Shown: piece after piece, positions 26,829 through 40,276 of the stretch
How positions within the stretch are numbered: position 1 is the first letter of the stretch
Layout: each line of letters opens with the position of its first letter
NCBI RefSeq assembly: GCF_006345805.1
Contig: NC_043011.1
Span: 65,732,464-65,796,463, forward strand
Source of the DNA: Octopus sinensis
Taxonomy: Eukaryota
Reading direction: 5' to 3'
DNA: 64,000 bases
The notes under the pieces: generated by a model
What the model saw: the letters and a program-made list of their open reading frames with translations, nothing else
Databases searched by the model: none
What the model was told of the DNA's origin: nothing
Translations under genes and position numbers: made by a program

Positions 26829-28022
26829 ATGGCAAAGGAACTGATTGTTTGGGAGCTAGAAGATCCCAAAAAATATGTCAAACAGCTCGAGGATAAGACC
26901 GTGGTACTGAGGACTTATTCAAGGTCGCTCAACGCTATCATGGTTTTTCCGAAGGCGAAAATTATTGAAGAGCTGGCAGACCACATGCCAGCCGTAAAAT
27001 ATATTCAACGGGGAGCCAAATACGCAACGGTTTGGTTGCTGTTTGACTCCCCAAAAGATGCTTGCGAGTCTGCAAGCAGGCCCATTGAGGGCAAATAAAT
27101 CTTGCTTCTCCCTAGGTACAAGGGAGAAAAATTGACAAGACTGTGGGTCTGCGGCCTGCCACCCGACATTGAACCCGAGTGGATAGAACACTCTATCCGC
27201 TTGGGTCTGGGTGACAGGGACGCAAAAATCCTAAATGTCAATGTACAGCCTGCGGCTGATTGGGAGGGGTCTAAGGCAACATTAACCCTATGGACCCAGT
27301 CAACCATAAGTCTGGTTTTACCGGACTTTTTGAGAATGGCCGGGTCCAAGTATCCGGTGATGCCTGAGGGAGGCCCCCCAAGTGTCACCTGTGTTTGGAG
27401 ACTGGCCACATCAAGAAGAGCTGCCCCAGGGACCAGAGTAGCATCCTGGAGCGGCTGATATTGGAGCCTCTCCCTGCCTCCTCAATGGAGGGATAGAGGC
27501 AAAGTGAGGAGGGGGAAAAATCTTCCTCCAAAAGAAAGAGAAAGGTGGGGAGCAATGGCGACCCACCAAAAGACCTGAAAGCTCCGGGAGAGGAGAACCC
27601 GGTGTGTACAGCTCCGGAAACTCAGCCTCCTGTGGAAAAGGAAAAAAAAGAGAAACGGAGCCCCGCCGGCAGATTGCTACACGCAGACGGCGGTTCCCGA
27701 GTATCCCGGGTCCTCTCAGGCGGGTGTGCCGCCTGAGGGACAATTCCTGGTAGATTTTGTGCTCCTCATTTACAAAGGAAAAAAGGTGGAAAGCACCGTA
27801 AGAAAAGTGAGAAAGAGAGGACATTGGGAGGTAATCCGGTCCTGTGTGGAAAACCCCGAGTGGCCTTCGCAGATAGCTGCGGGGGTCGTGGGAAGGGGTG
27901 ATCTACACAGGATCGTGGGTTCCTGCCCGGCGGACTCCTTCCAGACTATACCATTGGACACCGGCCTGACCAACGAGTATTGCCTCAATGAGGCAAGAGC
28001 AATGGTCGGCCGGGTCACATAG
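26829..28022 (+). pseudogene. Retroelement ORF1-like, copy b, disrupted, with CCHC zinc knuckle
   Basis: TAA at 27096-27098 (GAA in copy a); frameshift near 27370; CHLCLETGHIKKSC (C-X2-C-X4-H-X4-C) at 27383-27424; further disruptions downstream. Confidence 0.75.
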
Positions 28023-29926
28023 GCGCTGTAACATCTTTGTAACATGTGGAAGAGGAGGCTTATGGCCTCCTCTAAAATTTGTAAAAATTTGTAAAAATTG
28101 TAATTCAATGTTAAGTTAAACATTTTGCAACAGGTTGAAGGGGTGGTTTATTGCCTCCTCTAAAATTTGTAATTTGTAATCATTGTATTAATTGTAATTA
28201 TTGAACATTGTTTTAGAGAAGCAAGAGTCGGCGGGCGCTTTTTGACTTCTCCCATCACCATATTCATCCACCACCACCATCATCCATTAATGTCTTTGTC
28301 CAGCCCGTAGCTACTCTGTGTGCTGCCCTAGTGGCAAATTATTGAAATAAAGTAGCTTGCTAACCAACCACATGGTTCCGGGTTCAGTCCCACTGCGTGG
28401 CATCTTGGGCAAGTGTCTTCTGCTATAGCCTTGGGCCGACCAATGCCTTGTGAGTGGATTTGGTAGACAGAAACTGAAAGAAGCCTGTCGTATATATGTA
28501 TATATATATATGTATGTGTGTGTGCTTCTGTGTCTGTGTTTGTCCCCCTAGCATTGCTTGACAACCGATGCTGGTGTGTTTACGTCCCCGTTACTTAGCG
28601 GTTCGGCAAAAAAGACCGATAGAATAAGTACTGGGCTTACAAAGAATAAGTCCCGGGGTCGATTTGCTCGACTAAAGGCGGTGCTCCAGCATGGCCGCAG
28701 TCAAATGACTGAAACAAGTAAAAGAGTAAAAGAGTATTTCTAAATCTCAAAACGAGAGATATTCAGCAACAGTACTTTGGTGAAAAGATCATTTGCCGAC
28801 ATAACATGGCTTTCCTGGTTTAGGAGGAATGTTGCTGTAATTTAGCTCCAGGAGACATCGTCTCCAGCTGGCTACGCCACACGATCAGTGCCGTTATATT
28901 TTCGAGCAAGGGAATCTAGCATCCCCCCTCAACTGAAAACTATATCTGTGTATCGCGATCCTTGGTTTATTTCCCTTCATAAGCAAAGAATAATTGTTCG
29001 GTCGAATATTGTTAAGAACTGGGTGGGTGTGCTAGATTCACTTGTTCGAAAATATAATGACAAGGATCGAGTTTTATAGAAATCTGGAGAAGATGTCTCC
29101 TGGGGCTAAATTACATCAACATTCGTCCTAACCTAGGACTGCCGTGTTATGTGTGAAATGATCTTTACTTCCTGTCGTTACTAAAGGAAAAGGAAGACAA
29201 GATTTTGAATAGTGTTATAAATTCTCATAACTGACTGATAACACACTTTCAAGCCCGTTCACATCTACGTTTAATTTTGGAAATATGTACTGAACACACT
29301 CTAATTATTATATATGTTAATTAATGTTCATAGAAATGAAATTAATTATAAAGTATTATAAAGGCAGTAGTTATATATCACGATGAAAATATTATAACCG
29401 ATAAAATCAAATTATACTTATTGTTACGTTATATAAATTGCTCGCTATACAAAAAAACAAACGCCTGTTTCTTACTATAATAGCACTGATAAAGGGTAAT
29501 TGAACAAATATAATCAGTCGCAAGAATAAATATATTAAGAAATGCTACGATATCTAAATATAATTCCAGAGGTTTTTTTTAATGAATAAGGACAATATCG
29601 TGCTGTGATTCTACATAGTGATCTCGTACTTACTTATGACTCCCAATAATCTTGAGTTTTATATTATTAATTTTTTTATTTATATTTATATGGTTGTATA
29701 TTATTTATTTTGAATTCGTTTGCGACTCAAATGATAACTTTTCGTTGCAAAATGACAGCAAATTTCGGTATTTTGTTCACATTTATACACTAAATGTTAC
29801 GCTGAATATTGCATGTTTGAGGGATACATATTATATACGGAATGGCAAATTTATTTTACCAGCATAAGATTGGTGAATCTAAAACAATATTGTACATCAG
29901 TACTCGCTCTATCTCTCTTTCTCTCA

Positions 29927-30016
<90 letters not shown>

Positions 30017-30104
30017 ATGTATATATACATACATAAATTCTAGTGTATATTTGTTTGTGTGTTTGCGTGTGTACACACACACGTACAAGCATATATATAT
30101 ATAG

Positions 30105-30136
<32 letters not shown>

Positions 30137-30901
30137 GTACATATCATTAACCAAGGACGTGGTTGAATATAGTCCAAGATTTCATCAATTGCAGCTGGTT
30201 CCAAGCGTCACTACTTATTCAATTCCCAGTAAAATTGCAAAGTGTGAAAAGTTTTAAAGAGGACACGTCCTCAGCTACGTTAGAATTTGGCATAAATAGT
30301 TTGAGATTTGGTTCAGTAGAAAAAATCTATATGAAAATATGTGAGTCTTCAAGGTGGGCAGGAATGTAGGTTTTCATTTTCACTTAACAAAATGTTTAAA
30401 TTTTAAATAAATGTCTACTTTCCATAGGCTTAAATGATAGAAAAATAGAGGAGGAATTTGAGAATCGTTAGACACATTTAACAAAACTCAGTAGAGAAAA
30501 TGTTATGAGGGGAAATGTTATGAAATGTAAAACGCCCCACGCAATAATTGTAATTATAAACACGAATGTCTTTAATGTAGGGTGGCGGAAATGCTGGCAG
30601 AAATTTTACGACACCGGGCGAAATTCTTAACGGATTTTTTTCCCATCTTTACGTTCTGAGTTCAATTTCCGCGAAGGTCATTTTATCTTTCGTATATTTT
30701 ATTGTTTAAATGAAATATTTAATATAGTTATTTTCAAAATTCTGTTGAAATAGGGTAAAGTTATCTTTTATTATTAATCATGTTTCACATTTAATTAACT
30801 TGCTTTCTGCTTTTTTTTTGCTTTTCCTTTTTAGTTGATTTCCTTTTGTTTTATTTAATTATTTAATCAGTCTTATTCATATATACTTGATTAATATGTA
30901 T

Positions 30902-31553
30902 CTAACTTAATTGGGGAGGAATACAATCACTTTTCGCTAGGTCTGTGATTATATTCCAAATTTATTTTTGAAATTTAAAGAATAATTGAAGGGGATTTCT
31001 CATAATTTAAATTTATATTAATGGGATGTAGGTAATTTTAAATTGTGTATATCAGATATACTAAATAAATAACGTATCCTTAAAAACTCAAAAGTAAGCT
31101 GCAGATAAAAAGAGAGTAAAAATACTAAAATATAAAAAATATAAAACAAAATATAAATAGGTATAATGTTTTTATAAAGTATTAAAACAAATAAAAAGAT
31201 AATACAAAATTTTTTAAAATGTGAGATGAAATGTTCTGAATATGAAATAACACCATTGGATTCTTAATATTAGTTTAGCGAGAGATACATATGAGACACG
31301 GTCTGGGTTTACGATGGATGAAATATATTAAAAATAACCGTTATGTGTAACTGATAAAGCTTACATTCCAATCGTCATTGATTGCAGTATGCATATTTCA
31401 AGCGTGGTGATATCTCTTAGATAACATACATTCTAATATGTATATGTATAGATATATTAATGAATGTATTGCATAGTAGTTATTAGAGCTCCTGTTAAGG
31501 AAATAATATTACTCACAGGATATGAGAAGTGCAATAAAAATGAGTATCTTCAT
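30902..31553 (-). pseudogene. Candidate secreted-peptide gene, type A copy 2, frameshifted
   Basis: Exon 1 31553-31517, exon 2 from 30942; same lesions as 59-710. Confidence 0.4.
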
Positions 31554-32794
31554 AATGCCGATTCCTGTAAAATGCTTGTTCTGATGGTGTATGGTTCACT
31601 TCTTTTTTAGGATCTTCAATTCCCTTCCTCGTTACTTCATTTATATTTTGCAATTTAATGTAACAGATGGTTTAGTCAGAGTGTAGTTTCAACATCTTTG
31701 TGATTAACGTTCTATATTTGACGCTTGTATAATATATCTGAGAATTTATTAATTTCAGTATTGATTTGCTTTCTATGTGGCCGTCATGTTAATGCTAATT
31801 TAATGGAGCTGTGCTAGTATGAAACCTACATCATATATTCCTCTTAAATGTATAGCGAACATGATATTCCAGTGTTTGAAACTTTCAATCTGCATAAGTC
31901 TTTCGTTAATTATATTCAGTGAGAATATAATATATTGAATTAATATTGAGTGCTCAATTGTATCAACGTATTGATGCTATTAAAGTATTTATATAATTAA
32001 TACGAGCGAGTATATATACATATATATTTGTTAATAATATATTAATATAAGTAGTATTAAGAAATCAATATCAAAACACATCAGAAAGATATACATGTGT
32101 GAAAAAAATGATTGTTGTATTAAAGATATATTAATAAATGTAAATATGTATAAAAATATATGTAAATATGTATAAGTAAGATTATATAACGTATATTACA
32201 GTTTACAAGTTTTGAATTAATTATTTAAAGCACCTTACGATCGTTTAACATTAGAATTGTCCCTATAATGAACTCCTATTGTGATAAGCATTTATAGACA
32301 ACGCTTCTGCTCTTCAGAGATATAAAATTAGAATTGTGTATAACATATTGAATGATAGATTTTGTTTTTTTTTATAATTTGAAGTAAATGTATAAAATAT
32401 TATTTGTTTGAAGGATAAATTAACAATTAAAAATTACTGCATTTGATGAGATTCTTTAAATCCATATATACTTCCTTGGTTATTCTTCTGCAATAATCCA
32501 TAATATTCATATTTAAAATCCGTCATATTATCGTTCCAAGTATAGTTCATATAGTTAGTTGAGAAATGTGAAATTTGTATATACTTTTGTTTGATCCTCT
32601 TGAAATTCGTATGTCTTCTTGGTAATTCCTCTGTAGCAATCCATAATGCCTTTGTATAAATTTCATTATATTATCTGGTAATCTAAATATAATGCATATT
32701 ACAAAATCAAAATATATTTAAAATATAATTTGGTTCTCTCATATATTTCGTCATGCACCAATCTCTCAATTTAACAACCATACCTTGTACCACA

Positions 32795-33650
32795 TACTCA
32801 GAAGTTACTGACAGCCTTTGGCAAAGAGAGACAACATCCTAGTCGAAACAAAAATCCAGAAGAACACCCAAACTTTCAGAATGGGACCGTCGAACACAAG
32901 AGAAATCATAGAAATCTATAAACCACTATTTATAAACAAACGTTGCAAAGCGTTTTTTAGTGGTGTGAAATCCTACAGATTTGGTCCCTAGAGAAGAGAA
33001 AGAATGTTATTTTCTCTCACGAGGCATCCTTTAGTATACTTCCAAAGACCGGCAAATTAAACCTCTGAAAGGAGCCAGAAGAAGCTTTTGACGCAGACTG
33101 CCTCCTTTCAACTGTTATAAATGCAGGAGGAAACATGATGATATTGTTGGGTGGGCGCTATATATTGCAAATTCGCCGGCTCAGTGGTTTCGCGTCATGG
33201 CAGAATTAATAATTACGACTATTTAAGCATTTTATCTTATTAATATCATCCTATGTTTGCGAAAATGTTCCTGGAGAGAAACGAAATAATTCAGGGTGAT
33301 AATGCACCAAATCACACAGCTAAAGTTGTTACTGAATGGCACGAGGGACATTCTAGTGAAGGTAAACCACTTATTCGGTGTCTTCAGGTTTTAGACCTCA
33401 ATAATATTGAACTTCTAGGGTCCACTTTAGATTCACAAATAATGAGTCGATGTAATCCACCGTTATCAATAGAAGAATTAGAGAATATTTTAGCTGAAGG
33501 ATACATAATAATTCCTTAGTAAACCCTTAAAACTCCGTACGAGTCCACACAATTTAAGGTGTAATTACTGCCAAAGTTGGCACTACCTCATCTTCAAATA
33601 ACATTGTTTGAAGTTATGAGGTGTTTCCATTATTTTTGTCAAAGCCTGTA
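32795..33650 (+). mobile_element. Tc1-like relic, duplicate
   Basis: Copy of 1951-2806 (ORF 33253-33519). Confidence 0.9.
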
Positions 33651-34311
33651 TATATATATATATGCATATAGGTGTGTGCGGATATATATATATATATATA
33701 TATATATGATATATATATACATTTGTGAGTGTGGATGAGTATATATATATATAAATACATATCTGTGTATGTATATGTATATATATATATATATTCATCT
33801 ATCTATCCCCCTTTATATGTATATATATATGTCTGTGTGTGTATGTGTGTGAGAGAGACAGACAGAGAGAGTGCATATACAACCATACATACATACACTC
33901 ATATGTATATAGGTAGTTAGGTATGTATGTTCCTGTGTTTGTACGTAAATTTTTAAAGGAAACAGGAAAATATTTCTTTAAATATATGAGTCTATATAAG
34001 AAAAAAACATTTTGTTGCAAATTATTTTGCTGGCTAAATTATTGAGATTGAATAAAGAACGACTTAATAACGTACAAACACATATGTTACGCTGGATTTG
34101 TTTATTTAAGATAGAACAATATTCCAAGAGCATTTAAATTTGTCTCCATCGAATTTATTGCCCAGCACCCCGATGGAGTTCTCACAATTTATTTTCCTTG
34201 TCACTTTAGATAAAGATTTAGTCATATTCTTTTAATTTTCATTGTTCATTATTTTCTGTTTCTACATAATTTAGTTAATAATTTAGCTAAATTATGTAGA
34301 AACAGAAAATA

Positions 34312-34629
34312 ATGAACAAGGCAGTCGCCGGCAACCGTGGAGAATGGCGACATACAGTAAAAGAGGGAGTACAAAGGAGTGACAGAGAGAGAGAGAGGAG
34401 ATATGGAATGAAAGGAAGAAACTTTAAACAAGAGACCATGGCACTACAACCAACCAGGAACAGTCTTCGCTACATTTGCAGTACCTGCCAGAGGGAGTGT
34501 TTGTCCAGGATAGGACTACACAGCCACAGCAGGAAATGTATCAGGAAATAAAATATAACAGCCGGACTAGACCTAGAAAAAAAAATGCGCAACTCCATTG
34601 TCTCCCGAGACAGAAAGGATGCCAATACA
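34312..34629 (+). mobile_element. RTE-like 3' fragment, duplicate
   Basis: Copy of 3463-3780. Confidence 0.8.
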
Positions 34630-34719
34630 ATTCAATAATTTAGTAAATCTAAGTATCATCCATAAATTTATATTTCTATGACATTTAGCTATGTATGTAC
34701 CTATGCGTCTATATATATA

Positions 34720-35435
34720 GGTCGTCTGCTGCTGGAGAGGACCGACCAGGTAAAGGAACTTTGTATCTTAGTGGAGTTTTCCTTTTCGCCTTCGGCCCAA
34801 TGCGTCTGAATTAACAACAAATCACGCGGAGTTTGTTCTTGATTCGACGGTCATTCGGAATTCTTACAGCAGCCTATTCCTACCGCTCTATGTCACGCTG
34901 GTGAGACCCATATTGGAGTACGGGATTTAAGCCTCTTCTCCTTATCTCTTCAAAGACATACAGCATCTTGAAAGAGTCCAGAAGCTGGGTACCTGCATGG
35001 TTCTTGGTCTCAAGCATTTGTCTTATGAAGAAAGACTGAAGACGCTCGATCTTCATTCTCTAGAAAAACGACGACGCCGTGGTGATCTCATTCTTGCTCA
35101 CAACATCATAAGCGGAAAGTGTAACCTCTCGAAAGAGCTGTTCTTCACTCCTGCTCCAGAGCGTCGGCTGCGGGGTCACTCCGAAATGCTCTATCTGCGA
35201 CGATTTCATTTCAATCGAAGGAGAGGGTCTTTCTCCGTCCGTGTTGCGGATCCGTGGAATAAGCTACCGAACGAGATAGCGAAGATGACGACGATCGCTC
35301 GTTTCAAAGTCTCCATTGACCACCAGTGGCCTGAACTCTTTACATGAACACCACACTGTACATGACTCGATGTCCCCCTACATGGCCTTGCTTTTTGCTT
35401 TTTGAGCCAAATAATTACCTAACTAACTAACTAAC
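34720..35435 (+). mobile_element. CR1-group LINE fragment, duplicate
   Basis: Copy of 3871-4586. Confidence 0.9.
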
Positions 35436-37259
35436 ATATACTTATATGGATATATACGAATAGTAGTGAAGAATCCCTACTTTCAGTGAATCATCAAAGC
35501 GGTCGCTAGATGTTCAACGTTCCGAGTTCCTTCACAATGCTTAAAGCATACAAAGGACCGATGCAATACGTGTATTGTCTTACAAAGTTATATCCTATGA
35601 AAACAAAATTATTAACTGATATTCATACTACTTCATTTCACACAAAGCCTAGAGAATTTTACACACCGACTTTCGTATCAATAAATTGTTTCCACTCTTG
35701 AAATTCTTTTACTTAGCATTTGAATTGAACGTAATTATACGAAGGGCATGCATAGCTTCATAGCACAGTTTACTCAGACCTAACCTTCTTGGAACTATAA
35801 ATTTCCAAATTATCCGTTTGATTTCACAGATACATTGAACTCCCAGCGTACTTTAGTAACTGCAAAACTCCAACGCGATTTAGTAAAATATATTTTTGGT
35901 AGTTGAGTGTTATGCGGTCTCCTAAATTCCCCATTGGCTTTGCACTTATAAAGACCTTAGTATAACCATTTCAATCTGATGTGTCACCTTATAAAGCGAA
36001 CAGATTTATAGGTGTCCGTCCAATGGAAAAATGTATGTCCCCAAAGCAAAGACGTAATATGTCAAGAAAGAAGTATAAATCAAGGAGAATTGTAGAAAAC
36101 CGAGGGCGAGAGTCTCAAAAGAGAAAGGTGGTGAGACTTACTAAAGATCACCAAGCTCATACTGCAGCACGTGAAATAGAGTCCGAAGATGGCGGTGAGA
36201 TGATGTTTTCCGAAGATCAGAAAAGGCATCCAGCACCACATCAAATGGGATCTCAAGACAGATGAGAGATGAGAGTTGCTCAAGATCAGCTGGACATGCT
36301 ACAGCACGTCAGATGGAGGACCATTAGTGAAGGGAGAGGGAGATGAGACTTTACCAAGGTTAGCAAATGCATTAGTCAGCACATAAGATGGTCTCAAGAG
36401 AGATGCAAGGTGACATTTTCAGAAGGTCACCAAAAGAAATGAGACTTCTCCAAGATCATCAAAAGAAATGAGACTTTCCCAAGATCAGCAAAGGGGAAAT
36501 GACTTCCCAATGATCAGCAAACGCATGCTGCAGCACTTCACGCTGGATTATTGAACGATATGTTTTTTTTTTCTGATTGGTCAGTGGTCCATTAGGATAC
36601 CTTACATAAAGTGACCACGTACAAATTCGTTCTTCACAACTCCTACAGCTGCTTTCAAATGTGATCCAAACATTCCTGTGAAAAGATACTGTTGTCGATA
36701 GTCGCGTGCTAATTTGAAATTAACATCTCAGCATAGCTTATAAACTTTAAAATTAAATTAATGGCACGCGCTACTCAAAAGGTAATGTAACATTAGCACT
36801 ACAAGCAAGACCTTCTGAAACTCTTATAGATTCTCTGGAAGGCCTTTCCATTCAATCAAAGGATTTTCTAAACAGTATCACAGAAGTCAACGCCACATTT
36901 CAGATGTCATCGCTTGGTGCATCTAAAGATATATTGGAACATGGATTAACATACTCGTTGAAAGATAAATGGCAGCTCTATGAATACGTTGCAAGCACAG
37001 CTACTTCAAATTTACTTTATGAGTGATGGAGGACAACGAAGGTGAAGGAGATGTCAAAACATCAGACGTTGTGCATACATATTGATAACAACGTTAAGAT
37101 AACAAGAGAAACAATGAGACCTCGATATTATGTAAATAGAGGATTTTATGTGTAAAAGTAATATGTGACAATTATTCGGTAGCTATGATAAAACTCCGAG
37201 TTTCGGATGCCGATGTGGAAATCGAACAATTGTCATATATTACTTTTACATATATATAT

Positions 37260-37361
<102 letters not shown>

Positions 37362-37889
37362 TATATGTAGAAAAATACAAACTGGGACAAGAACGCAAAA
37401 CATTTAGAAGACGATACAAAAAACACGGACTGGACATTCGAAGTCTTCAATCCTCAGTCAGGAACCGGATCAACCTAGCAATGTCGGCTTATTAATCTTG
37501 AGTACTAAGCTGCGAGCATTAGATTTCTTGGAAAAAGGATCGAATGTATACGAAACTGGGACAGAAACACGGGCGATGCCACACGAATATCAAATACAAA
37601 AAACTATAATAGTAAAAAGAGGACAAAAACAGCGGGTGTCTTTCGACTAATAGACGGTACCACTTAGTTTAGCTGGCGTATTTGGAAAAACAGGAGGAGA
37701 AGTAGGGAGTGAGTGTGAGAGAGAGAAAGAGACTGATCAAATAGAGTGCAAAGTGTGAAATCCAGAGAAATGTAGGAGAGAGCGACAGTCTTATAGATTC
37801 GTATCAAATTTAAAGGAATATGTACTTACATAAGGCCAAACACGAGGTGTGTATGCAAAGCCTTGAGGCTCAAAAAAGGAAATCATGTT

Positions 37890-38270
37890 AGGAAACTGCT
37901 GATGATTAATTTCTCAAAATACTCCCTCCCACCCCACGCGATGGCTGAACAGTTTCTCCAGCGATGATGAATCGCCATTATACCGGCGTAGAAGATCTCT
38001 TTTGTTGGAGATGCCAAAAAATTTCTATGATGCCATTTTCACTGGCAAACTGTCGACCAGCCAGAGCTTTTTACATTTTGTGGGGAACTGATGAAAATCA
38101 GAGGGGGCGAAGTCTTGCGAATAAGACGGGTGGGGAACAAGTTCGTATTCACAATCACGAATTGTTGCCATGACTACCACTAAAGTGTGGGCTGCAGCAT
38201 CGTCGTGATGAAAAATAAATCTTCTGATGAACATTCTCAGCTATGTTTCTTTGATTGCTTCTCGAAGGCG
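37890..38270 (-). mobile_element. mariner relic, duplicate
   Basis: Copy of 6960-7340 (ORF 38025-38234). Confidence 0.85.
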
Positions 38271-38592
38271 TTTCTCAAGCTGAGAATAACGCAGCCATTT
38301 TATTTTGACAATGTTCAATATAATCGAGAATCCCCCACCGAAAAAACAACACGGTAATTTATGACAGCACGATTCTCAATTTTCTCGTATACCTTTTAAA
38401 CTCGAGCGTTGTATATTCAAAAATTTGAAAAAGAAATTAAAACATCAGAATCATGAAAATGAGTAAAAATATTCCGCAAATCCTGTAGTTAAGACAAAAA
38501 TTGCTTCCGCTACCTACCAGCAGCGTTTCAATGTTACGCTGAAAACTTTTCTTACGACCTTTCTATACATACATACACAGACACAGACAGAC

Positions 38593-38658
<66 letters not shown>

Positions 38659-38828
38659 GCACACATATATACAGACAGGTTTTCGAAACATGCCTTTGTA
38701 CACATTTATATTCTCCTCCCATTACTGAAAGCTGAAGAGTTATCTCCCGTACCCACAAAAAACCATAATTATGACAGCATGTTACCTCCCTTTATTTATC
38801 TACTTGTGAAGTCATTCAATCGTGAATT

Positions 38829-40065
38829 TTATCCCACACAACATGGAGAAAATTTCTTATAAAGAAAAATATATATTCAATAAGTAAAGCATTAAATGCG
38901 GATTTGCGATGGGGACGAAAGCAGCTCCTATTCTTGCGAACCTAATAAGGGGTTATTTTGAATTCACCTTATATGACGTATCACTTCAGAAATAGTGTTA
39001 CTCATTTTACCTCTACATAAGAGAAAATTTGAAGCGATACCTGGATGACTGCTTTATCATTTGTAAGGAGAACATCGACTAACTTTTTGGATTTCTAAAC
39101 AATACTAAATGCCATAAATAGTAACATTCAATTCACAATGGAATATAACAAAGAACAACTTCCATTTTTAGACATCATGATAAAAAATGTTAACAATGAA
39201 ATCATAACTGACATATATTATAAACCAACTGATTCAACACAATATCTTATTTTTAACTCATGCCACCCGAAACACATAAAATAAACATACCTTTCAACTT
39301 AGCAAAAAGGATCTCACAATAGTGTCTGATAGAAAAACTTGGTACCTCCGTCGTCAAGTCCTCAAAACAACACTTATTGAAAGACAATATCCACCCTCTC
39401 TTATCGACGAGGGAATTAAGAGTGCCAAACAACTAGACACAAAAACACTAAGTACAAAAAAACATAGCACCTCACCTCAAACATAAACAATACTATTTAT
39501 ATCAACACACAACCCCAGAAGCAGTGAGGCATTCAACACTATTGTGCAGACACTTCTTTTACTAACTAGAGATCCAAAAATGAATAACATCCTGAAAACC
39601 CACAAACTCATCAAATGCAAAAAATAAAACAAATCGATAAGGAGAATACTAAAAAATGCGAAGTTTTACAAAACAACCACGAAACCAATGTTGCAAAACT
39701 TGTACGCCCAAAATGTGGACATGTCCCAACCTGCTTGAAGACTTGGATTTCCTTTTTAAACAAGGAGAGAGGTTCACAATTAAAACTAGTTTCAACTGTG
39801 CCTCTGAGATTATTTAATAATCTGCTTGGATTGCGGACACCACTATATTGGACAAACGAATATGACATTGAGAAAGAGAACCAACCTACATAAGAAGCAA
39901 ATCCGTTTCCCGCAACACAGAAGAATTTCTCTCAGTGAACATATAGAAAAATATGCAGGTAACATCAAACCAAATTTCACAGTCATCCCTTTCTATCAGT
40001 ACAAAGACACAATCTCTCAACTAGAACATTTAAATAAAGAATATTTTCTATTGAAAAATACATGA
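38829..40065 (+). mobile_element. Penelope-like relic, duplicate
   Basis: Copy of 7870-9110. Confidence 0.9.
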
Positions 40066-40147
40066 ATAGCGATAGTGGAACCGGTCGATATATTAAAAAT
40101 TATATTAAAACTATGTAAGTGTGCGTATTTTCCTTTTTAATTACTTA

Positions 40148-40187
<40 letters not shown>

Positions 40188-40199
40188 TATATATATACA

Positions 40200-40276
<77 letters not shown>

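Larger units (their letters stand above)
25061..28349 (+). mobile_element. Non-autonomous retroelement with ORF1-like sequence only (HAL1-like organisation)
   Basis: 15-bp target-site duplication AAGTA(C/G)CTTGCTAAC at 25046-25060 and 28350-28364; AATAAA at the 3' junction; two ORF1-like regions; no reverse-transcriptase or endonuclease motif seen. Confidence 0.8.
25031..28737 (+). mobile_element. SINE (5' piece 25031-25060, remainder 28350-28737) split by a younger insertion
   Basis: GGAGTGGCTG..GGTAAGTA.CTTGCTAAC resumes as CAACCACATGGTTCCGGGTTCAGTCCC (B-box-like), then the body and a (GTAAAAGA)2 tail. The empty site is visible at 56090-56110 (GTGAAAGTTACTATTTC). Confidence 0.9.
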
